Below are positions 50,575 to 58,103 of a stretch of 59,694 bases of DNA, one piece after another. Source of the DNA: an uncultured euryarchaeote (GTDB lineage Archaea; Thermoplasmatota; Poseidoniia; Poseidoniales; Poseidoniaceae); NCBI GenBank assembly GCA_964014165.1, contig CAXGZM010000001.1:1-59694 (forward strand), given 5' to 3'. The position numbers and the translations under genes are program-made. How positions within the stretch are numbered: the stretch's first letter is position 1; every line of letters starts with the position of its first letter. The notes below the pieces were generated by a model that ran no database searches, was not told the origin of the DNA, and saw only the letters and a program-made list of their open reading frames with translations.

Positions 50575-51676
50575 CGTTCCGAACATAATGTTCCACGCGC
50601 TCCTCGCCCCACACCAGTTCTTCTTGATTGGAAAGTCCTGCTTTCGCCAGCACGGCCGCATCGATCCCTGATGGGAACGGCGTGTGATGGACGGCGCCGC
50701 TGTGAATCAGGAACACCTCATCCACCAAGCCGGCTTCGAGGAACCGGTGCACGGTCGTTGGACCGCCTTCAATCAGCACGCGCTGGATGTCCCTGTCGGC
50801 GAGTTGGTGCAGCAAGGACGGGAGTCCCGTGAACGATTCCTGCATCAGCAACAACTCGCCCTCGTCGTGGAGCATCGTTGCGTTTGGGTTGATGCGTTGT
50901 TGCGGGTCAATGACCACGCGCAGCGGTTGACGCGTTGCAGGAACCAAACGGACGGTCAGTTGCGGGTCATCGCGGTTCACGGTCTCGACGCCAACCAGCA
51001 CCGCATCGCAGTCCCTTCGCAATTCGTGCACCTTTTCGAGGCAGCCCCGAGAGGTAAATCGCCGCGGCGCCTCTGAACGGTCATCCACCGAGCCGTTGAC
51101 GTCCAGCGCCATCTTGACGGTGATGAGTGGCCTTCGGTGTGTGCACCAGTGCATGAAGGCCCTCATCTGCTCGTGCGCCTCTGCTTCCATCAGGCCAACA
51201 CGTGTGGGGATTCCTGCTTCCTCAAGCACCCTGCACCCGTCACCACGAACGGTGGGGTTTGGGTCGTGATGAGCGATGATGACTTCACTGACCCCTGCCC
51301 ACATGAGGGCTTCCGTGCAGGGGGGTGTTCTGCCGAAGTGGTTGCACGGCTCGAGCGTCACATAGGCGGTTGCTCCGTTTGGAGAATGGCCTTTTTCTTC
51401 CGCATCGTGAATGGCCATCTGCTCTGCGTGCAATCCGCCCAGGTGGTCGTGCCAGCCTTCGGCTATCACGGCCCCGTCCTTGACGAGGACGCACCCCACC
51501 AGTGGATTCGGGCTGACTTTTCCGCGGCCGCGCTCGGCCACCAAGAGCGCGTGCTCCATGAACACACGATCGCTATCGGTCCAGTCAACGCTCACGCTTG
51601 GCCCACACACCTCATGTTCATCACTGCTTGCATCACCGCCTGAGCAGTCAAACCGAAGAACGGCCATTTTATTCAC
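50561..51676 (-). CDS. ribD: bifunctional riboflavin biosynthesis protein RibD (pyrimidine deaminase + reductase), bacterial-type fusion
   Basis: The deaminase has HAEQMAI and TLEPCNHFGRTPPC. The reductase C-terminal domain has LIEGGPTTV. Confidence 0.85.
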   Translation of the reverse strand: MNKMAVLRFDCSGGDASSDEHEVCGPSVSVDWTDSDRVFMEHALLVAERGRGKVSPNPLVGCVLVKDGAVIAEGWHDHLGGLHAEQMAIHDAEEKGHSPNGATAYVTLEPCNHFGRTPPCTEALMWAGVSEVIIAHHDPNPTVRGDGCRVLEEAGIPTRVGLMEAEAHEQMRAFMHWCTHRRPLITVKMALDVNGSVDDRSEAPRRFTSRGCLEKVHELRRDCDAVLVGVETVNRDDPQLTVRLVPATRQPLRVVIDPQQRINPNATMLHDEGELLLMQESFTGLPSLLHQLADRDIQRVLIEGGPTTVHRFLEAGLVDEVFLIHSGAVHHTPFPSGIDAAVLAKAGLSNQEELVWGEERVEHYVRNVIEA

Positions 51677-51680
51677 TCCG

Positions 51681-51708
51681 ATTAAAAAAATAATTGAATT
51701 GAATAAAG
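51681..51708. promoter_or_regulatory. AT-rich divergent promoter region between ribD and the lipid kinase gene
   Basis: ATTAAAAAAATAATTGAATTGAATAAAG is the most AT-rich stretch in the window, 5-30 nt upstream of ribD ATG 51676. Confidence 0.35.
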
Positions 51709-51762
51709 TGCAACCTCCCGTGCTGGAGAAGCCTTCAAGGGGCCACGAAGGTTGTCAACATC

Positions 51763-52821
51763 ATGACGAACCCGTCCGGAGAGGGCCTCAGCGAGCCGCT
51801 TGAATTTGCGCCGGACCTGTCCTCGAAACGAAAGAAGGGCGTTCATCGGCCGGTGTTCGCCGATGTGTTCACCGAGGATGGTGAACGCCCCTCAATGCCA
51901 ACGAAAGTGCATTTGCTCGTGAACCCCTTTGCGGGAAAAAAACGAGGACGGGCGGTAGCGACCGAGGTCATCGAACACCTGAAACAGGCAGGCGTCGAGG
52001 TTTCAGCGACCTATTCTGCCTACAGCGGCCACCTGGTCACACTGGCCGCTGCTCTGGCGGTTAACGAGGGTGAGCTGATTGCAGTGGTGGGTGGCGATGG
52101 CTCCCTCTCCGAAGTGATCACCGGTCGGATGGGAACAAACACCAAACAGCGCGACACGTTCGCCATTGTTCCAGCAGGAACGGGGAATTCACAAGCACAC
52201 GACCTCGGTCTTACTTCGCTTGAGGATGCCGTTGAAGCCATGTTGCGAGGGCGACGTCAAGCACTTGACTTGGCGAGGGTTGAGTTGACCGAGGGTTTGC
52301 CTGGATCAACAGGGGAGCCGATGGTGCGGTATTCTCACAACCTGGTCACGTGGGGCTTGGGGGTTGATTCGACCATTCAGGCTGAAAAAATGCGTTGGAT
52401 GGGTCCGATCCGATACGACGTTGGTATCGTGTTGGCCATTCTTGCCGCACGTCGAAGAACGGCGACCTTGCGCCTGGACGACCGTCTCATCACCGATGAT
52501 TTTACGCTGTTTCTGGTTCAAAACAGCCAAACAGGCGGCTCGCAACTTCCCCTCGCCCCGGGCGCTTCGATGGACGACGGCCTGATGGACATCGGCATTC
52601 TGAAAAAAATGACCCGAAGGGACGTGTTCAAGGCCTTTGGGATGCTGAAGAGCGAGGGCAGACACGTGTACCACCCGCGGGTCGATTATCATCGATTTAC
52701 GACGCTGTCCATTGAAACCGATCACCCAACGGCCATCAACATCGACGGGGAAAACATCGGTTCAACGCCTTTGAGCATGGAAGTTATGAAACAGGCCACC
52801 TATATTATGCGTCCTGCATAG
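51763..52821 (+). CDS. diacylglycerol-kinase catalytic-domain lipid kinase (YegS/BmrU-like)
   Basis: HLLVNPFAGKKRG, VVGGDGSLSEV, IVPAGTGNSQAHDLG. Confidence 0.75.
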   Translation: MTNPSGEGLSEPLEFAPDLSSKRKKGVHRPVFADVFTEDGERPSMPTKVHLLVNPFAGKKRGRAVATEVIEHLKQAGVEVSATYSAYSGHLVTLAAALAVNEGELIAVVGGDGSLSEVITGRMGTNTKQRDTFAIVPAGTGNSQAHDLGLTSLEDAVEAMLRGRRQALDLARVELTEGLPGSTGEPMVRYSHNLVTWGLGVDSTIQAEKMRWMGPIRYDVGIVLAILAARRRTATLRLDDRLITDDFTLFLVQNSQTGGSQLPLAPGASMDDGLMDIGILKKMTRRDVFKAFGMLKSEGRHVYHPRVDYHRFTTLSIETDHPTAINIDGENIGSTPLSMEVMKQATYIMRPA

Positions 52822-52838
52822 TGTACATTCATTATGAA

Positions 52839-54314
52839 TCAGAAGGAGAAGTCAGAAAATTCTTCTTCATCATCGTAGGTAGCCGCTGGCGCTTCATCGA
52901 CGGTTTCCGGCTCGGGTGCGGCAGATCTGGCTTTTTTCACCGCTTTTCGACGTCGGACCGTTGGTTGCTTCTCGGTCTCTTGGGCGGGTTGCCCCACGTT
53001 GGAGGTGCTCGGTGGTGAACTGCGTCGCTGTTGACCGATGGAGGCAGGGAGCGAGGAGGTCGGTGCCTCTTGGGCGCTCATGCGGTCCATTTCCTGTGCA
53101 GCGTCGGTGGCCACAACGGAGCTCTTTCTTCCACCTGGCCCGGCACCGCCAGGCCCAGAGGTGCCGGTTGATGTGGATGCGAGAACGCTGTCAAGGTCAA
53201 ACCCGCCGAGGGCATCCTCGTCCTTGGTTTTCTTTTCTTCCTTCTTGGGAGGGCTGCGCTGTTTTGCCTCCTCTTTCGCAGCAGCTTTCCGTTCACGGTC
53301 CATGCGTCGTTGTCGTTCTTCTGGTGATTCCATTCCGGCTTTTCTTGCTGCTTTTGCATCGGACTTCACGCTGGCGGCCTTCTTCATCCCCTCGGCGCCG
53401 ATCAGCGTAGCCATGGACTGTTTCGCCGATTTCATCATCATCTGCTTGGATGTGATGAACAGACCGGCCGAGCCTCCAAGGCCGACAACGAGGAAGAACA
53501 AGATGAAACCACCACGGCCGAGGAAGGGGACATCGCCTTGCACCCATTCGTCGTCAGCCTCGCCGCTGGCCGACACCGTTGCATCCTCGAGCGTAATCTT
53601 GCTCACAAACACCAACGCATCTTCACGGTTGCTGGTGCCCACGGTCATCGCACACCCGTTGTCGGCCTTGTGCCACGTGGCTTGGTAGCCGTACTGGTTG
53701 TTGCTTGAATTGCCGGCGGCGACCAGGTAGCCGTGGATGACCACCGGTTGGTGCCACTCGTTCAAGGCCGTCATGCCGGCAAGAACATGCTCGGTCGTTG
53801 GAATGAGCCCGAGAATGAACCAGTCGGTGCTGGATTCCGAATCGACCTCGTCGAGGTCAACGCTTCCAGCGCCGGTTTCAGGTTGCAAAGGCAGCGACCA
53901 CTGCTTCACATCGATACGCGCACCATCGCCGTCCACCACGGCAGCGGCTTGGTCAAACGACATCGATTGGATGGCCACTGCCGTGGTCACACCCAGTTCG
54001 AGGCCCTTTGCGCCCATGACCGTGTCGTGGGCGTCGTAGAACTGGCTGGAAGCCAAGTAGCCGGTGAAGGTGATCGGCTCACCTTGTCCAGCCGCCAGGG
54101 TGCCGCCGTCCGTTCCCGGTGTGCAGCCCACCGGCTGCAAGTCGCTGATGGTCCTTGTCTCGCCAGAGAGCGTTGTTTTTACCGTTGTGCTCTCCATGGA
54201 GAAGTCGACATCAACGGCGCCATCACCGCTCCCCCATCCCGCCGTTGAAGGACCTAGGCAACCGGCGAGGGCCATGCTGGCGATGAGGCAAATGGCGAGC
54301 AGGGCTCTGCGCAT
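52839..54314 (-). CDS. putative lipoprotein with ectodomain, one TM helix and ~210-aa Lys/Glu/Ser-rich disordered cytoplasmic tail
   Basis: ATG 54314 gives MRRALLAICLIASMALAGC (lipobox-like LAGC). TM GGFILFFLVVGLGGSAGLFI. The longer track ORF would run into the tRNA gene. Confidence 0.45.
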   Translation of the reverse strand: MRRALLAICLIASMALAGCLGPSTAGWGSGDGAVDVDFSMESTTVKTTLSGETRTISDLQPVGCTPGTDGGTLAAGQGEPITFTGYLASSQFYDAHDTVMGAKGLELGVTTAVAIQSMSFDQAAAVVDGDGARIDVKQWSLPLQPETGAGSVDLDEVDSESSTDWFILGLIPTTEHVLAGMTALNEWHQPVVIHGYLVAAGNSSNNQYGYQATWHKADNGCAMTVGTSNREDALVFVSKITLEDATVSASGEADDEWVQGDVPFLGRGGFILFFLVVGLGGSAGLFITSKQMMMKSAKQSMATLIGAEGMKKAASVKSDAKAARKAGMESPEERQRRMDRERKAAAKEEAKQRSPPKKEEKKTKDEDALGGFDLDSVLASTSTGTSGPGGAGPGGRKSSVVATDAAQEMDRMSAQEAPTSSLPASIGQQRRSSPPSTSNVGQPAQETEKQPTVRRRKAVKKARSAAPEPETVDEAPAATYDDEEEFSDFSF

Positions 54315-54375
54315 GGCTTGATGAGGGCGGGTGGAGTTTGAGAAGTCTTCCCTGCGGAAAGGCACGTCGTGGTGG

Positions 54376-54461
54376 TGGCGCAGTCGGAGAGATTTGAACT
54401 CCCGAGTCACGGGGACACCGGATTTCAAATCCGGCGCAATACCAGGCTATGCGACGACTGC
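54376..54461 (-). tRNA. tRNA-Ser (anticodon UGA), class II, CCA encoded
   Basis: Folded by hand. Acceptor GCAGTCG/CGACTGC; D-arm GCA-TAGCCTGGTAT-TGC; anticodon stem CCGGA/TCCGG with loop TTTGAAA. A 14-nt variable arm, T-arm GGGAG-TTCAAAT-CTCTC, discriminator G, then CCA. Confidence 0.8.
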
Positions 54462-54502
54462 TTTGCTCTTCGGGTGGCGCCCCGCTTTTTCTTCTTTCGC
54501 CC

Positions 54503-56056
54503 CTAGTCTTGGTCGTTGGACGAGCGCAGGAACCGAGAGGCCACGGTGGCCATCAAGAGCACGCCGACGACCAGCGTTGCGGGCATGAACGGCACCACCT
54601 CGGTTGTGTTCCCTCCGAGTTGCTCCTTTTCCAAGATTTCTCGCACGTCAGCCGTGAAATCCTCAGCGCGCCAGTTGTCGCCGGTCCATGCAACCGTGGG
54701 CTCAAGATCATCGTTGAGGATGTAGGTGATGGTGGAATGACCCACGTTGTAATCTTCCGTGGTTTCGGACACACAACTCAGCTGATCGCCCTCCGCCCAC
54801 GTGTACCCTTCGTCGCACATGCAATGCTTCGAGGCTCCGCTGCCCATTTCCCAACCGTTGCCGTTGCAGACCGTTTCGTTGGCGTTTTCTCCGGCCATCG
54901 GTGAGGGAATGGTGGAGGCGTTCACGTAGGACGGTGCCCATGCGATGTGCTCCGGTTCAAGGAAGTCGTCCATACCGACGTTGGACGATTCCCATGCTGT
55001 TTGGTTGTCATTCCAAGCGTAGAGGTTCCACCACCAACTGTAATCTTCAGGAGCATCGTGGTCGGCAAGGCTGCTCAAGAAGTGACCGTAAGACGAATCC
55101 TCAATGGTGCGGTTCACCGATGCAGCCGTTAGTGCACCTTCGGTCAGGTGGTAGGCGTTGAACGTGGTGAGTCCTTGGTGTGCCGTGGTTCCGTTCGGCC
55201 ACAGAACGCTGACACTGGACGCTTCACTTGCGTTGGGTTGTGGGAGGTCGGAACGGTTGCTCGTTGACGGCATCCATGCCAAATGGGGGTACTCGGTGGC
55301 ATCCAAATCGTCCATGCCGACGTTGGAGGCTTCCCACGTGGCGTTGGTGTCGTTCCACAGATTGAGTTCCCAGTACCACGACCAGTCTGAGGGTGAATCA
55401 ACACCGTTGATGCCGTGAAGCATTCGCCCCCATTCGCTGACCGACGTGTTGAGGGTCCAGTTCGCTTCTTCCGCCATCAAATTGGTCGCCGTCCACCCCG
55501 ACCATGCGAACATGTGTTGGGAAGAATCGTTGGTGGCGTCGACCACGGTCACGGACGCTTCACCGGGCTGGTAGTCGGCAACGTGCATGTCGATGACGTT
55601 CTGTTGGACGACGACGGCGAAGGTGGCCCAAACGTCTTCCAGCTCTTCTGCGCTTCCCGTGAGGTGCGGCCACGAAGCACCCATGCGCTCGCTGTATTCC
55701 TTGAGCACCTCGGGCGTGTCATGATCGGGATCGACACTGATCGAAACAAAGGTGACATCCTCTCGCTCTTCTTCGGTCAACGAGTTCTCAACCTCAATGA
55801 GCGATTGGGTAAGGACCGGGCACACGTCCGGGCAGCGCGTAAAGATGAACGACACCACCACGACACCTTCGGCATCCGTGTTGAACAGGTACTGATCGCC
55901 GTTCTGGTCGGTCAGCGGGCCGATGTCGATGGCTTCTCGGGCGAGTTGCTTGCCGTTGTATGCAGTGGCTGTACCTGCAAGGAGCAAGGCGACCATCAAG
56001 AAGGCAAGGATGTTTTTTTGTTTCATGTTGATACTCAACTCCGTGACGAAGTCCAA
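54503..56056 (-). CDS. SCO1/SenC copper chaperone with ~270-aa nested insertion (two Trp-rich DUF4430-like modules + EGF-like Cys knot) and C-terminal TM anchor
   Basis: N-terminal TM segment. SFIFTRCPDVCP (CxxxC), VSISVDPDHDTP, HLTGS. The canonical EDYNVGHSTITYILNDD His motif appears only at aa 435-450. C-terminal TM ATLVVGVLLMATVA. ATG 56026 is an alternative start. Confidence 0.65.
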   Translation of the reverse strand: MDFVTELSINMKQKNILAFLMVALLLAGTATAYNGKQLAREAIDIGPLTDQNGDQYLFNTDAEGVVVVSFIFTRCPDVCPVLTQSLIEVENSLTEEEREDVTFVSISVDPDHDTPEVLKEYSERMGASWPHLTGSAEELEDVWATFAVVVQQNVIDMHVADYQPGEASVTVVDATNDSSQHMFAWSGWTATNLMAEEANWTLNTSVSEWGRMLHGINGVDSPSDWSWYWELNLWNDTNATWEASNVGMDDLDATEYPHLAWMPSTSNRSDLPQPNASEASSVSVLWPNGTTAHQGLTTFNAYHLTEGALTAASVNRTIEDSSYGHFLSSLADHDAPEDYSWWWNLYAWNDNQTAWESSNVGMDDFLEPEHIAWAPSYVNASTIPSPMAGENANETVCNGNGWEMGSGASKHCMCDEGYTWAEGDQLSCVSETTEDYNVGHSTITYILNDDLEPTVAWTGDNWRAEDFTADVREILEKEQLGGNTTEVVPFMPATLVVGVLLMATVASRFLRSSNDQD

Positions 56057-56108
56057 TGGGGATTAAACCTCTCATGGAGTGGCTTATCTTTTTTTGTCTT
56101 CTCTCGGT

Positions 56109-56504
56109 TCAACGTTCCATGGCGAAGTCCCAGTTGGGCGTGCACCACTCTGGAAGTGCCTGAACGGACCCAGGGTTGGAGAGACCGATGCCCCAGAGCA
56201 TCAAGAGCACGAAGAGCACCGGGAACAGGGCTGTTCGGGTGTAGATTCGCGGATCGCCTTTCAAGTGCATGAAATAGGCTGCGATGCCGTAGCCCTTGAT
56301 GACGCCCACGCCAATGAGGATGGCCCACACGGCGTAGAGCGTGATGTGGATGTCCGTACCGGGGATTTTCTCAAAGAAGACGGCCGCCACTTCGAACAGT
56401 GTGAAAAACATCAGCACGACGAAGTTCCAGAAGTAAATGTCAAAGTTGCCGGGCAACTTGTCCACGATCGATTCAAAGATTCCAGTTGTTTCGTGTTCTC
56501 CCAT
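56109..56504 (-). CDS. small 3-4 TM protein, prokaryotic cytochrome oxidase subunit IV-like
   Basis: Sits between subunit III and SCO1. GVGVIKGYGIAAYFMHLKGDP resembles the COX4_pro motif. Confidence 0.5.
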   Translation of the reverse strand: MGEHETTGIFESIVDKLPGNFDIYFWNFVVLMFFTLFEVAAVFFEKIPGTDIHITLYAVWAILIGVGVIKGYGIAAYFMHLKGDPRIYTRTALFPVLFVLLMLWGIGLSNPGSVQALPEWCTPNWDFAMER

Positions 56505-56513
56505 AGTCTCACC

Positions 56514-58103
56514 TCAATACAGATAGAAGGCTGGGAAGATGACCACCCAAGCCAAGTCAACAAAGTGCCAGTACAGGCCGAAGTACTCGATGCCCTGTGC
56601 GTTCTTTTCATCGTAGCCGACGGTGTCGGCCTTGAAGATCAAGTAGAGCATCACCAACAGGCCGACGAACACGTGAACGCCGTGGGCGCCGGTTGAGATG
56701 TAGAAGATGGAGGCTGCCTGACCGGTGTAGTCGATGACGCCTTCTGCTGGCTGGACGCCGATGGAGAAGCCTTCTGCCACCAAGTGGCTCCACTCAACGA
56801 GTTTGAGGACGATGAACATTGAACCGAGCAAGAAGGTGGCGAAGAGGTAGTTGCGGACCGCAGATTTCTGGTCCGGCATGAGTTTGCCCATCAGGCCTTC
56901 TGGTGCCGTCCAATCCTTCTGCTTGGCCGTCTTGAGTGCCAGCACGATGGTGTAGGACGAGATGATGAGAGCAAAGGTGTTGATGGCACCGGGCAAGATG
57001 GTCATGAAATCACCGTGGCCGCCAACGCCGTTGAGCGTACCGCCGTTGGGTCGAAGGAAGTCGGAGGCGGTCAGCACGTTGACCGAGTCGCAGTTTCCTG
57101 CGGAGTACTGCCAGTCCGTGCACCATTCCGTACGCATGCGAAGGTAGGACGAGAAGAACGTGGCGAAGACCATGACTTCGGACATGATGAACACCCAGAT
57201 GCCCGCCTTGCGAATGTGCTGGCCCTCGAAGGGGTCCGAGGTGGCGATTTGCTCGTGGTTGCCGATAAATGGCAAGTCCTCGCGCCACCAGTTGGCGACA
57301 CCTGCGGTGACGACTGTCAAGCCGAGCATGCTCAATCCAAGGTCGCCAATGTTAGCGTCTACGCCGCTCAGCATGTTGCTGAGGGTGTTGGCGAACATCG
57401 GGAAGCCCATGAGGAACAGGAGAATACCGAGGGAGAACACGATGGGCGAACCCGAGCCGTGGTGCTCATGGTCGTCGCCACCATAACCGTGGTCGTCATG
57501 GCCCTGGTCTTCCGGGTAAATTGAATTCATGAAGCCGCCAAGACCGATGAACGCCATGTACGTGACGCACATCAGCAGGATGGTGATGCCGGCCGTCCGC
57601 CACGTCAGGTAGGAAAGATGGGCGTCGACCTTGTCCATTTTCGCGTCGTACTTCTCGTCGGAGAGTTGGAGTTTGATCTGTTTCTTCTCCTCCTTGTCCG
57701 CTCTAAGTGGCTCTTTGGCATCGGCGAGTTGATCTTTGATTTGTTTCTTCTCTTCCTTGTCCGCTCTGAGGGCCTCAAGTTGTTCGCTGGTCGTATTGCT
57801 GTCGTCTGCAGCCTCGGTGTAGTTTGCATTGGCCTGGTTGTAGGTCGCGTTGGCTTGGTTGTAGGTCTCGTTGGCTTGGTTGTAGGTCTCGTTGGCTTGG
57901 GTATAGTTGGCCGTTGCTTCGGTGTACCGCTCCGTGACCCTTTCGTAGTCCAGTTTCTTTTCGTCCCAGTCAGCATGCTTGACGTTGGCAACACCCACGC
58001 TCATGGTGGCGAAGGCCAGGATACCGACGGCGAGGAACACGCCACCGTAAAGCACGGCGCGCATCCAAATGCTGTTTTTTACGTCCGCTTCTCCGCCGCT
58101 CAT
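56514..58103 (-). CDS. ctaE: heme-copper oxidase subunit III with ~225-aa N-terminal extension (TM, repeat-containing coiled segment, TM, His/Asp-rich loop)
   Basis: The C-terminal ~300 aa hold the subunit III motifs: WVFIMSEVMVFATFF, STGAHGVHVFVG, YWHFVDLAWVVIF. ATGA overlap with the subunit I stop. Confidence 0.8.
   Translation of the reverse strand: MSGGEADVKNSIWMRAVLYGGVFLAVGILAFATMSVGVANVKHADWDEKKLDYERVTERYTEATANYTQANETYNQANETYNQANATYNQANANYTEAADDSNTTSEQLEALRADKEEKKQIKDQLADAKEPLRADKEEKKQIKLQLSDEKYDAKMDKVDAHLSYLTWRTAGITILLMCVTYMAFIGLGGFMNSIYPEDQGHDDHGYGGDDHEHHGSGSPIVFSLGILLFLMGFPMFANTLSNMLSGVDANIGDLGLSMLGLTVVTAGVANWWREDLPFIGNHEQIATSDPFEGQHIRKAGIWVFIMSEVMVFATFFSSYLRMRTEWCTDWQYSAGNCDSVNVLTASDFLRPNGGTLNGVGGHGDFMTILPGAINTFALIISSYTIVLALKTAKQKDWTAPEGLMGKLMPDQKSAVRNYLFATFLLGSMFIVLKLVEWSHLVAEGFSIGVQPAEGVIDYTGQAASIFYISTGAHGVHVFVGLLVMLYLIFKADTVGYDEKNAQGIEYFGLYWHFVDLAWVVIFPAFYLY
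57663..57788 (-). repeat. 63-bp direct repeat, 2 copies, coding LRADKEEKKQIK.QL
   Basis: The copies start at 57663 and 57726. Roughly the first 48 nt are near-identical. Confidence 0.7.
57819..57923 (-). repeat. 21-bp tandem repeat, about 5 copies (3 near-perfect), coding heptads YNQANET
   Basis: gtaggtctcgttggcttggtt at 57861 and 57882. 57840 differs at 1 position. The flanking copies are degenerate. Confidence 0.8.
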
